Positions 11,865-22,622 of a DNA stretch of 38,364 nucleotides are shown here, piece by piece. The stretch comes from Chiloscyllium plagiosum (Eukaryota). The notes beneath the pieces are model-generated. The model saw only the letters and a program-made list of their open reading frames with translations. It did not search any database and was not told the DNA's origin. The position numbers were made by a program, and so were the translations under genes. Each line of letters starts with the position of its first letter. The first letter of the stretch is position 1. The stretch spans positions 91,760,954 to 91,799,317 of the forward strand of contig NC_057719.1 in the NCBI RefSeq assembly GCF_004010195.1. Reading direction: 5' to 3'.

Positions 11865-12380
11865 TCCGATGAAGGCAAGCACACCCCGTGCCTTCTTGAC
11901 CACTCTCTCCACCTGGGCAGCCACCTTCAGGGGACAATGGACCTGCACTCCCAGATCGCTCTGCTCTTCCGTTTCCAGTTCACTCGAGAACCGGACTTCC
12001 CGTTTGCCTGGATTGAACTCCATCTGCCACTCTCCCGCCCAACTCTCCAGTCTCTCGATATCCTCCTGTATTCTTTGACTCGTCCCCCTCTGCTTTCAGC
12101 GACTTTGCGTCACCTGCAAACTTGCTGATCAGGCCAACAGTGACCTCTTCCAGGTCATTCCTGTATATCACAAACAGCAGGGGCCCCAACGCTGACCCCT
12201 GTGGAACACCACTGGTCACCTCTCTCCATTTCGAGAAACTCCCTTCGACCACCACTCTCTGTCTCCTGTTGCTCAAGCAGTTCTTTATCCACCGAGCGAG
12301 GACACCCTGCACACCGTGTGACTTCACTACCTCCATGAGACTACCACGGGGAACCTTATCAAACGCCTTAACTAAGGTCC
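11865..12380 (-). mobile_element. CR1-type LINE RT fragment with high CpG content
   Basis: KAFDKVPRG...[17 protein letters not shown]...[17 protein letters not shown]...ISKFAGD. Confidence 0.9.
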
Positions 12381-12562
12381 GTGTATATGACACCAACAGC
12401 CAAGCGACCACCCCTCACCCTCTCTGAGTCTTATTTGTCTCCAGGACCCTTGGCCCCGACACCTCCGCGTCCCTGTCCACCGGGACCGCAGTTCCGTCCA
12501 GTCAGTTCATTACGTATGTTTCGCCCTTGCGATAGAAATTGTGGAAACCCCCCACCCCACCA

Positions 12563-12935
12563 TGGGTGGCCCGGGGGCTCAGCGGTTCGCACCGCTGCCT
12601 CCCAGCACCAGACACCCCGGTTCGATCACAGACTCGGGGGCGACTGTCTGTGTGGGAGATTGCACATTCTCCCCGAGTGTAGGTTAGGGTGGATTGGCCA
12701 TGCTAAATTACCCATAGTGCTCAGGGATGTGTAGGTTAGGGTGGATTGGCCATGCTCATTTACCCCAAAGTGTTAAGGGATGTGTAGGTTAGGGTGGATT
12801 GGTCATGCTAAATTACCCATAGTGTTCAGGGATGTGCAGATTAGGGTGGATTGGCCATGCTAAATTACCAATAGTGTTCAGGGATGTGTAGGTTAGGGTG
12901 GATTGGCCATGCTAAATTACCCCATAGTGTTCAGG
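12563..12935 (+). mobile_element. HE1-type V-SINE with 5 tandem ~52-bp units and no 3' tail
   Basis: tRNA-like head and partial V-domain, then GTAGGTTAGGGTGGATTGGCCATGCTAAATTACCCATAGTGTTCAGGGATGT x5 (12678-12935). Confidence 0.85.
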
Positions 12936-13268
12936 TAGCTATCACCATTGTTAACAGCTAACCCGAGAATGCAACTTTAAGAAAAAGGGTTTTGTGATTT
13001 ACACATGAAAGAAGTGAAACTATCACTGTATTCTAACAGATGAAAGGCTTAACAGACAATCAATTTTTCAATGTATAATTTCAGTTACATCACACTATAA
13101 ATTTTTGCTATAAATTCTATGTTACGATTGAGCCCTCCACAATCACCTGATGAAGGAGCGTTGCTCCGAAACCTAGTGTGCTTCCAATTAAACCTGTTGG
13201 ACTATAACCTGGTGTTGTGTGATTTTTAACTTTGTACACCCCAGTCCAACACTGGCATCTTCGAATCA
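12936..13268 (+). mobile_element. PLE family B 3' region with hammerhead and terminal tail
   Basis: AT-rich segment, hammerhead at 13144-13178, terminus shared with 9061-9121 and 36874-37029. Confidence 0.8.
13144..13178 (+). ncRNA. Minimal type I hammerhead ribozyme (PLE family B)
   Basis: CAC-CUGAUGA-A-GGAGC(GUU)GCUCC-GAAACCUA-GUG; stem I CAC/GUG. The sister copy near 36964 reads GAAAGCTA (AGCU palindrome), so this copy likely has one substitution. Confidence 0.75.
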
Positions 13269-13585
13269 TAGATAGAGTGGATAGTCAGAGATTTTTTCCC
13301 CAAGGTGGAAATGGCTATCACCGGGCGGGGGGACATAATTTTAAGGTGATTGGAGGAAGGTTTGGCAGGGGGTGGAATGTCAAAGTAGGTTCTTTACACA
13401 CAGAATGGTGGAATGCACTGCCGGTAGTAGAGTCAGATACATTAAGGGCATTTAAGTGCTTCTTGGTTCAGCACATGGATGATAGTAAAATGTAGGGTAT
13501 GTAGGTTAGTCTGATCTTAGAGTAAGTTAAAGGGCCAGCACAACATCAAGGGCCGAAGGGCCTGTACTGTTCTATGTTCTAACTA
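13267..13585 (+). mobile_element. CR1-type LINE 3' end (continuation of 7490-9063)
   Basis: IDRVDSQRFFP...GHNFKVIG...WNALP; collinear with the uninterrupted copy at 4590-4920. Confidence 0.88.
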
Positions 13586-13659
13586 CCTTCTATACTGTTT
13601 ATTATACTGACCCAGCTGTCTTGGAAACAGCTTGTTGTTATAAAACCCTGTAGTACACT

Positions 13660-13871
13660 CACTGTTACCTCTGATATTCCCAGGTACTGCTGTCGCTCAG
13701 CTCCATCGTTGCCATGACAACAGGCCCAACCCCCCCCCCCCGCCCGCCCGCCTGCCTGTCCGCAGGGGATACTCTTGGCCCGCTTCGCTGTCTCGTCGGT
13801 GTTGGATGTCCGGGCCTGGGATGTCGGAAGTGGGGATGGTTGCCAGGCAGCCTGCCGGCCGCTGATCCGGG
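13660..13871. promoter_or_regulatory. CpG-rich TMEM62 promoter, possibly bidirectional
   Basis: CpG-dense; RFX X-box GTTGCCATGACAAC 13708-13721; GC boxes around 13737-13751; ETS site CGGAAGTG 13825-13832; directly upstream of the TMEM62 ATG. Confidence 0.75.
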
Positions 13872-14045
13872 ATGTTCCGTGTGTTCAGCCTGCTGCTCGC
13901 GGCCGGCCTGCTGCTGGCCTGCCTCACCGCCTACGTGCTGGAGAACTACACCGTGCAGCCGGCTCTCAGCCGGAGGCCGCACCCGCGAGATGGCCAGCCT
14001 CCTTACCCGGGCCGGGGCACGGACAACCTCTTCTGGTTCCTGCAG
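13872..14045 (+). CDS. TMEM62: TMEM62 coding exon 1
   Basis: MFRVFSLLLAAGLLLACLTAYVLENY...PYPGRGTDNLFWFLQ (58 codons): hydrophobic N-terminus, then NLFWFLQ resembling the vertebrate TMEM62 NIFWGLQ motif as I recall it; donor CAG|GTAACA; lies in CpG-rich DNA. Confidence 0.93.
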
Positions 14046-14057
14046 GTAACAAGGAAA

Positions 14058-14334
14058 GGTCGGTCGGTCGGTCGGTCGGTCGGCCGGCGGGCGGGCGTCC
14101 CTCCCGGTCGGTCGGTCGGTCGGTCGGTCGGTCGGTCGGTCGGTCGGTCGGTCGGTCGGTCGGTCGGTCGGTCGGTCGGTCGGTCGGTCGGTCGGTCGGT
14201 CGGTCGGTCGGTCGGTCGGTCGGTCGGTCGGTCGGTCGGTCGGTCGGTCGGTCGGTCGGTCGGTCGGTCGGTCGGTCGGTCGGTCGGTCGGTCGGTCGGT
14301 CGGTCGGTCGGTCGGTCGGTCGGTCGGTCGGTCG
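14058..14334. repeat. (GGTC)n tetranucleotide microsatellite in TMEM62 intron 1
   Basis: Short run 14058-14083, then about 57 perfect units 14104-14334. Confidence 0.97.
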
Positions 14335-15258
14335 CCCCACTCACCCCCTCACCCCCTCACCCCCTCACTCCCTCCCTCCCTCACCGGCCGGCTCAGAGCT
14401 CTCTCTACCTCCCTCCCCTGTCGTACCTGCGGTGGTCGCAAGAGATAGACAGGGGACCTAACCTGGGTCTGCTTTAGCAGGAATTAACACCTTTCGAAAA
14501 CCATCTCTCTTCTATGCACTACACTGTATGGATTAATTGCTGTGTAAGAATTGCGATATGAGGGGGTAAGTTTGCCCGCTTAATGAAATCTCCTTGAAAT
14601 TGGACGCGAAGGGAGCCTTTTTAAACCATAACATGTCTCTGTCTCAGCACCGGCCCCCTCGCTCGGACAGGTGCAGAAGGGATCGAATGCAGTCCCCTGT
14701 CGGGATGGAACCAATGTTGCCATTTTTCTTCCTTTTCTTTTGAACAATGCATTTTATGCTTCGAGGCAAACTCCTGTGACAGTGAAATATTCAAAATGAT
14801 CCCTCCCCCCAAAAAGAACCTCAAGTCCCTCTAATACAGAGGCGGGAATTGTTTCACGGGGAACCCGTGTGTTCACTCAGCAATATCTGCACTAAACAGT
14901 ATAGTTCATTTTAAAGAAAAGTCAGCTCACCTGGAACTTTGCACTTGTTTGGGCAGTAGTCTTGACCTAGATCTTTGAGGAATTTGAAAGCTTAAAGAGT
15001 TAACCTGTGATTTTGTGATGCAAAAGAGTAGATTAATGAAATATTATGTGCACATTCCTATCATGTATGAGCTGTTTGGGAAAAAAAATTTAAGGGTAGA
15101 GTTACACACCTGGAGGCAAAGGCTGATATTCTATGTTATTTGTAAAAGAAGGTGGAGGAAGGAAGGATCAGGTTTTGTTTATGCTGATTTATATTAAACA
15201 CCTCTTTTAGAAGTATTTTGTTGGTGGTGGGTTTAACTGAAAGTTTTTTTCTGCTCAG

Positions 15259-15370
15259 GTGTCTGACCTCCATATCAGTAGGTTCGTAGATCCCCGAAGA
15301 ACCCCTGATTTTAAGACATTTTGCACAGAGACCATTGATGTAATTAAGCCAGCGATTGTCTTCGTCACAG
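15259..15370 (+). CDS. TMEM62: TMEM62 exon 2 (metallophosphoesterase DxH motif)
   Basis: ttttttctgctcag| [38 protein letters not shown] |gtaggc; 112 nt, phase 0 to 1. Confidence 0.95.
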
Positions 15371-16174
15371 GTAGGCAATGAAACCTAACACAAAAATGAA
15401 ATGGTTGTCAATAGATTTGTAGTTGCTGAAATATTCTAAATTGGCAGAGACAAACCTGATAAATTCTCAGCTATATTGGAAGACCATGGACAATTTTCTT
15501 AAATAGAGGATTGGTTTGAACAAGGATTTCCAAGTGGAGATTTTGTGACATTTTAAGTGATCTATCAAATTCGCATCTTTTGTGAATAATTAATGTCAGG
15601 GTTAACAACAAAACAACACCACCAAGATTGTTGACTGCCAATGTCAATGGAGCCTGATTTATTTTTAAGAATGAGAATACAGAATCAGTTTTATACTTCT
15701 ACACTCTTCTTTAAAAAAAACTTTTAATTCAGAGTTTACTCAGGAATACAATCCTGAAATGTTCTTTCAATTTTATTTTTTTCAAAAGAACAAATAAGCT
15801 TTACCCTGAACTAGTGTTGAGATTTATGTTTTCAGAAGTGGGGAGAAATCAGCTGAACAGTTTGTTTATGGCAAGCTTTCCTCCAACTTGGCTTGCTCTT
15901 GGCAGATTTCCCTGCAACTGGACGAGATAAAACAAGCACCTCTCCAAAGCAGTCACTGTTCAAAACAACCCCAGCAGGTTCTACAGTCAAGTAATCATTA
16001 TAACTGGTGATTTCTAGTATGTCATGAACTTTCAATTACTTCTTTTAAAGGAACTAGATATATCCACAAAACTTGAAATAAATTCCTTTTTCCACAAACC
16101 TTCAAGTGATACTTAATATAAAACATCTTTATAACACCTGCGAGTTTGGAACCTTGGAATCAGAATTCATAGAG

Positions 16175-16402
16175 ACACAAAAACAGAGATTGCTGGAAAA
16201 GCTCAGCAGATCTTGCAGCATCGGTAACAGAAATCAGAGTTAATGTTTCGGGTCACAAAACTGACGAAATTCTGAGGAAAGGTCACTTGAACTTAAATGT
16301 TAACTCTGATTTCTCTACGCAGATGCTGCCAGACCTGCTGAGCTTTTCCAGCAATCTCTGTTTTTGTTTCTGATTTACAGTACCCGCAGTTCTTCTGGTT
16401 TT
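16175..16402. mobile_element. Fold-back PLE-terminus insertion (family C), decayed hammerhead
   Basis: Inverted arms (ACAAAAACAGAGATTGCTGGAAAAGCTCAGCAG / CTGCTGAGCTTTTCCAGCAATCTCTGTTTTTGT); CTGAGGA at 16272; left arm reads GACCCGAAACATTA on minus; one-sided tail. Confidence 0.75.
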
Positions 16403-16454
16403 TATGTGATAACAAGGCCTAGTGTGTTGAGGTTGGAGTAAGGATATGGGAGAG

Positions 16455-17100
16455 CTCAAACCCTAAAATTGTTGAACTAGATATTAATCCCAGCAGGCTG
16501 CAGGGTTCCGAAGCAGAAGATGAAGTGCTGTTTTACCAGCTTGTGTTGAGCTTCACTTGAGCATTATAACACGCCTGAGACAGAGATGTTGGCCAGGGAA
16601 CAGGGTGGAGTGTTGAAGTGGCAGGCAACTGGAAGCTCTGGGCCTTTTTTGCAGACAGGACATAAGTGTTCTGTGGAGAAGTCACCCAGTCTATGCTTCA
16701 TTTCTCCAATGTAGAGGGGACCACATTGTGAGCAGCGAATAAAGTAGATTAGATTCTGAGAAGCGCAGGTAAAGCGTTCCTTCACCCGGAAGGTGTGTTT
16801 GGGCCCTTGGATACTGAGGAGGGAGCAAGTAAACAAACAGGTGTTACACCTTCTGCGGTTGCAGGGGAACGTGCTATGGAGCAGTATGGGGAGTAAGGGA
16901 AGAGTGAACCCAGGGTATCCCAGAGGGAATGGTCTCTGTGGAAGGCTGACAAGGGAGGGAGTATATATCTGGTGGTGGCATCTCACTAATGATCTTCTGG
17001 ATGTGGATGCTGGTGGGATGGTAGATAAGGACAAAGGAAACCCTATAGCTGTTGCGGGAGGGAAGAGAGGGATAAGGGCCAAGTGCAGAAGATAGGTCAG
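16455..17100 (-). mobile_element. Penelope-like element ORF remnant: Cys-rich linker and GIY-YIG endonuclease
   Basis: PCNRRRCNTC...FTCASQNLIYFIRCSQCGPLYIGEMKHRL...EH...PVACHFN..., and after a stop FIFCFGTLQPAGIN; LIY...YIG with CxxC spacer is typical of the PLE endonuclease. Confidence 0.9.
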
Positions 17101-17939
17101 ACACGACTGTTAGAGAAAGATTTGATCAGTCTTTGTCAGATGTCATACAATCCAAAGAAAATCTAGCTTTGAAAAAATCTCTTCAAATTGTGTTGGAAGT
17201 AGAGATCAAGTAAAATCCCAGACAAACCTTGAGAAGAGAAGGACAATCTTTCCCCAGAATAACAATAGAGCTTATTAACCTTTTACGTTAAATAGACATA
17301 GGACAAGCCAACACCGAGTAGGCAGAACATCAGATACTATAGAAAAAAAACTGCTATTGATTAGCGACAAGGCCAAGGGAGACGCAGAAAAATTCAGAAA
17401 GGAGTCACTGTGTCTTTGTGTATGCCCCAAAGAGATGAGGCAGGAATGTTAGACTCTCTGATAAGAAATCCGACAAAACTGCTGGAAACTGAGTTTAGGA
17501 AACACTTTTTTGCTCTGAAGTTAAAATAATAGTGTATTTAGTTTGTATTGTGTATCTTTGGACAGATATCCGCTAAAGGAGAAGCATTTAGTCAATGCGC
17601 AGAAATTCACCAGATGTAAATAGGTAGTAGTTGTGCCAGCCTGAGCAAGAGATCTTGATGCAGAGCTGGTGGTAAATCTTCACTAGGGATTTGGTATTTG
17701 TAAGAATATTGCTGGAATACGAGAGAGTACGAGTTTGAATTTTTTTATTGGGTGTTTGTAATTAAGTCATTCGGTCTTTTTGTACGATATAATGCAGTTC
17801 ATTTTTCTCCCCTTGTTTAATGAATGATTTATTCTTTGTGTTAAAAATACACTGGTATGCACTGATAAACTCGAGTGTGTTAATGGCATTGCGGGTCAAC
17901 CCACAGTAGGTGCACTGCAGCGGTCCAAGAAGGCAGCTC

Positions 17940-18120
17940 ATATAGAGAACAAAGAACATTACAGCGCAGTGCAGCCTCTTTGGCTCTCGATATTGCACCA
18001 ACCTGTGAAACCAATCTAAAGTCCATCTAACCTGCACTATTCCATCATCATCCATATGTTTATCCAATGACCATTTAAATGCCCTTAATGTTGGTGAGTT
18101 CACTACTGTTGCAGGCAGTA
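17940..18120 (-). mobile_element. CR1-type LINE 3' end
   Basis: LPATVVNSPTLRAFKWSLDKHMD plus TGTTCT-type tail repeats. Confidence 0.75.
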
Positions 18121-18444
18121 CTTTCGCAAAAGCGATTAGGGATCGGCAGTAAATGCTGGCCAGCCAGTGATGTCCACGTCCCACATTCAGGTTACCCACC
18201 CATCTGCATTTCCTGGTGCCCAGAGTGCTTTTAACAGGTCAGCATCTTTTTGAGTCAAAGATTTGATCTCACTGAAATATAGGGGAAAAGATATGTCAGA
18301 AACAAAGAAAACTGACAACTTTCCAATGTGTCAACTGATGCTGAGATGGCCAACTCTGGATTCTGGGGAAACTGAGCGAGCAGGGCTTCACTGATGTGCT
18401 CCGACAACCCTGATTTTATATTTATGTTGCTTTATGTTTCACAG

Positions 18445-18582
18445 GAGATCTGACAGATGCCAAAACAAAGAACAGGATCGGATCTGTTCAGCACGAAATT
18501 GAATGGCAAACCTACCATACAATCCTGAAGCAATCCAGAGTTTTAGAAAAGACCAAGTGGATTGATATCAAAGGCAATCATG
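18445..18582 (+). CDS. TMEM62: TMEM62 exon 3 (GD and GNH motifs)
   Basis: tttcacag| (G)[45 protein letters not shown] |gtacag; 138 nt, phase 1 to 1. Confidence 0.96.
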
Positions 18583-18947
18583 GTACAGTAGTTACCCTGG
18601 TTAACTTTTGTCACTTGCCCTTCTGGTTGTAATGCAGTAACTCAATCATTAATTCCACTATGATTGTGTCATAGAATAATTTCAACTCCGTAGGCCATGC
18701 AACACCTAATTGACACGCAAACTGTCTGCAAGTGCAATTCAGCTATTCCTGCTCCCGACCTTTACTCTGTAGCTCAGCAATTTGTTTCTATCCTTTGATT
18801 AAACAATCCCTTTGTGAAAACCCTGCTTCGATCTGCCTCTGTCACACTCTGCAGTGCAGTCCAGATCCAAACCACAGACTGTATTAAAATGTTTTTGGTC
18901 ATGTTGCTTCTAGTTCTTTTGTTATTTGCCTTCAGTTGGTGATGTCT

Positions 18948-19335
18948 GAAAGAAAGATTTACATTGATGCAGATCTCACAACCTCAAGCTATTCCAAAGA
19001 GCTCTACAGCTGCTGAAGTACTTTTTGAGGTGTAGTATCGGGACAGTTTCCAATTTGTGTACAGCAAAATCCCACAACAGGTGGGAAACGAAAACCAGAT
19101 AATGAGAGGGATTTTTTTCAGCGTTATTGGTTGAGGGACTGATGGTGGCCAGGACACCAGGGACTTGGTTTAACATTCTGTCCAAAGGATGCCACTGCCC
19201 TCCCCCCCCCCCCCCCCCCCCCCATGCATGCATGTTCTCTGAAATATCAGCCTAAATTAACTGTTCAAGTCTCAGGATTTGGAGCCCACATCCTTCTGAG
19301 GCAGTGGTGAGAGCATTGTCATTGCACTACAGCAA
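18948..19335 (-). mobile_element. Deu-type SINE (SacSINE1/AmnSINE1-like), with poly-C tract 19202-19223
   Basis: Minus strand: tRNA-like head near 19260-19335 and tail CTACACCTCAAAAAGTACTTCA...CTTTGG...GAGGTTGTGA...AAATCTTTCTTT; family assignment from recall. Confidence 0.6.
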
Positions 19336-19419
19336 GGGATCTCTCATCAAAATAACAGGGAAAGTCCAGTTATGACCATCTTCATTGCTTCGTCAAGTTT
19401 CCTGGTGACCACATGAGTG

Positions 19420-20345
19420 CTATAGAGTTATGATAACACAGAAGGAGGCCTTTCAGTGCATCATATCATGCAGTCTTCAGTAGAGAGTGTCAGTCAGTTT
19501 CATCCCACAACTCTTCCCACTTAGTCCTCAAGTGCCCTTCCATTTCCTTTTGACAACTTCCATTGTATCTGCTTCGACCACCCTCGTAGGTAGAAAGTTA
19601 CAGGTCATTACCACTTATTGTGTGTTTAAAAAAACTTTCCTCAAGCTACCCTCATGTCCTACCCAAAACCTAAATACGTGTTCACTAATTTATGGGAACA
19701 GCTTTTCTCCAAGTCAGCCATAATCTTTTGTACATTGATCAGATTTTCCTTCAAGCTCCTTTGCTCGAAAGAAAATATTCCCAGCTTCTCCAATCTAACC
19801 CTGTAGTCAAAATTCTTCATCCTGGAACCATTCTGACATATTTCCTCTACACTTACTCAAAGACCCTCAGATCCATCCAAAGCGTAATGACCAGACTTGG
19901 ATGCAGTACGCTATTGGTGGCCTAACTGCTGTTTTATAAGGTTCATTTACCTTGCTGATTGCTCTATCAAAATGTCCTATCAAAGATCTATACAGAAATC
20001 TCTATGTCCCTGTGCACTCTTCTATAACTGTGCCATTAAAACTCTATTGAATTTCCAACCCTTTTACAGAGGTCACCCAGAATTTGTGGCTCTGTGTATG
20101 GACTCCCTTGAGCCAAACGTCATATTTGGGAGGTTTATGAGTTAGAAGCAGAGGCCATTTGACCGCTTGAGCCTTCTCTATCGTGATCTGACTGCAACCT
20201 AATTCCATGTTTCCATCTATCCCAAAGCCTTTCACCTTCTTGCTTAACTGGAATCTATCTACCCCTGCCCTATAAATATTCCAATACTCTGCTCCCACCA
20301 TCTTTTGAAGAAGAGAGTTCCAAAAACTAACAACCTACTGAGAGA
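19420..20345 (-). mobile_element. Old CR1-type LINE 3' fragments
   Basis: Two decayed 3' ends (19420-19940 and 20140-20345) resembling other CR1 tails in the window. Confidence 0.6.
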
Positions 20346-21036
20346 ACCACAAAAAAGGAAGTCAGTAGACCATAACACTGCACCTTGGAAGTAACCTGAA
20401 CCCCTGACACTGCCCCCTCACCGTTCAGTTCTTTTTGAAATTCCTCAATGGCCTGCCTCTTCTATTTTCTCACTCGTCTCAAAGGTCCACGGGCCTGAAT
20501 TCATAATGTAGTGTATGTTGCCCAATAACCTGCTATGTCACTAGACCACATTTAAAATTATTGAAATTCTTCTATCAATCGATTTAAACAAGACAGCATC
20601 CACTGGCAGTGCAACAGTGCAGGTAGCCTTTCAGTTGTGCTCATGAATCTTTGGAGCAAGTCAAATTTTAATCTTTATTTTCAAATCCGTCCATGATATT
20701 GCTCACTGTCTGATATCTCTTCCAGCCCTGTAACCCAGTGAGATCTACAAGGTTTTCCAATTCTGGGCTTTTTTGCATTGCCCCACTCCCTCCACTCTAT
20801 CGTTAGTGCCTAAGCTCTGGAAATTTTTCTCTGAACACCTCTCCCTCTTCTGTTTTAAGATGCTTCTTCAAGTCCAACAAGCTTTTACTCGTTAAATTGG
20901 ATCTGTTGTTATGTTGCATCAACCTTTGATAACACACCTGTGAAGTATTTTAGTGCATTTTACTGTATCAAACTGTTGTGTGAATGCAAATTGTTGTTAT
21001 ACCCACGGTGATACAGTCTTCTTTTTCTCAATACAG

Positions 21037-21082
21037 ATGCTTTCAACATTAAGTCACTTGACAGCATCAATAATTACTACAG
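21037..21082 (+). CDS. TMEM62: TMEM62 exon 4
   Basis: ttttctcaatacag| (D)AFNIKSLDSINNYY(R) |gtattg; 46 nt; completes GNHD. Confidence 0.94.
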
Positions 21083-21449
21083 GTATTGTGCTTCAAGTCT
21101 AGCTAACATTAGGTTTTCAAATGCACTGTAAGATATTGCATTGAGGTGTACAGTTTAATTCCTGGGCTATGCTAAGCAGGAAAACTGCAGTCAACCTAAT
21201 TCTTTGGATCACTCAGTGAAACCTGCCTTGGCTCGCCCATTGTCACCTGCCATTTGTGCTTCCACAAATAGTCAGTGACTCCAGCTAACATTAATGCCAT
21301 TCCTGTAGGATGCTGGGAGTTGCAGAAGCTTAGCTGCAAAGGAAACTAGATACTTGATTTTCCCCTTTTTAAAAATTCATTCATGGGGTGTAGTTTTTAT
21401 TTACACCAGTGCATCCATTATCTCTATAGCTAATTCCTTTAAAACTCAG

Positions 21450-21785
21450 AGATGTGTTATCACTGGAATATTAATCCAGAGATCCAGATAATGATCTGGG
21501 GACTCGGGTTTGAATCCCACTACGGCAGATAGTTAAATTTGAATTCAATATAAATCTGGAATTACGATTCTAATGAATCCATTGGCAATTGTTGGAAATA
21601 CCTATCTGGTTCATTAATGTCCTTCAGGGAAAGAAATTGCCATCCTGCCCCGGTCTGGCCTACATGTGACTCCAGACCCACAGTAATGTGGTTGACTCTT
21701 ACCTGTCCTCTGGGCAATTAGGGATGGGCAATAAATGTTAGCCAAGCCAGCCATACCTTTGTCCCATGAATGAATAAAAATAAAT
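21450..21785 (+). mobile_element. tRNA-derived SINE with LINE-derived 3' tail (second copy 32388-32850)
   Basis: B-box GGGTTTGAATCCC; body CTGGTTCATTAATGTCCTTCAGGGAAAGAAATTGCCATCC; tail GGGCAATTAGGGATGGGCAATAAATG...ATGAATGAATAAAAA matches the LINE end at 35045-35115. Confidence 0.75.
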
Positions 21786-21799
21786 GCATCTATCTGGTC

Positions 21800-22500
21800 T
21801 GAGGACTTAACGTACTTACCCTTCCATTAGCTTCCCTAGTACCTTTCCTCTAGTGATAGTTATTGCATGTATTTCTCCACACACCTCTGCCTACAATCCC
21901 CAGCAACCCCTTATCATCCACTGTGGAAACTAACACAAAATTCTTGTTCAATTCATGCCATTTCCTGGGTTCCCCTTATTTTTTCCTGAGTTTTATTTTC
22001 TAAAGGGTCTTAGTTTACTTTGGCCTCCCTCTTCCTTTTTATATTTTACAATTATCCAATTTTATATTACTTGCCTTCATAGTTATTACCTCTCTTTATA
22101 TATGTTTTGGTCATCTTTTGTTGGCTTTAAAACTTTTGCAATCCTCTGGTTTACTACTAATATTTGCCATATTATGTATATTTTTCTTTCAATTTGATGA
22201 TATCTGTAACTTCTTTGCTAAATCATTTTTAGTTTAATCCCTATCTTGGAATCCTTTTTTTGACTGGCATATGTTTTTGCTGTGAGTCGTGAACTATTTT
22301 CTTAATTGTCTGCCATTTTTCTTCAACCATCTTGTCTGCTAAACATTCTTCACAGTCCACTCCAGCCAACTCTGTCCTCATCCCTTTGTAATTACCTTTA
22401 TTTAAGTTTAAAACAGTTGTTGCTGACCTAAGTTTCTCATTCTCAAACTGGATGCTAAATTCTACCAAGTTATGGACACTATTGGCTTGGTGGGTCTTAC
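21800..22500 (-). mobile_element. CR1-type LINE ORF2 fragment (post-endonuclease)
   Basis: HNLVEFSIQFE...LNLNKGNYKGMRTELAGVD...VEEKWQTIKKIV. Confidence 0.75.
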
Positions 22501-22502
22501 CG

Positions 22503-22622
22503 GAAAAAAATGAGGACTGCAGATGCTGGAGACCAAAGTTGAGTGTGGTGCTGGAAAAGCACAGCAGGTCAGGCAGCATTCGAGGAGCAGGAGAATCAAT
22601 GTTGCGGGCATAAGCCCTTACA
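22503..22622 (-). mobile_element. PLE-terminus insertion (family A), decayed
   Basis: TGAGGACTGCAGATGCTGGAG...GCAGCATTCGAGGAGCAGGAGAATC...CGGGCATAAGCCCTT. Confidence 0.8.

Noticed and set aside
12678..12935. Telomeric or CRISPR-like array (TTAGGG in each unit)
   Set aside because: Units are head-to-tail copies of a SINE segment with no unique spacers and only one TTAGGG each; the DNA is eukaryotic and has no cas genes.
13775..14477. Long ORFs with RSVG/PTDR repeats
   Set aside because: Translations of the (GGTC)n microsatellite; the real frame splices out at 14045.
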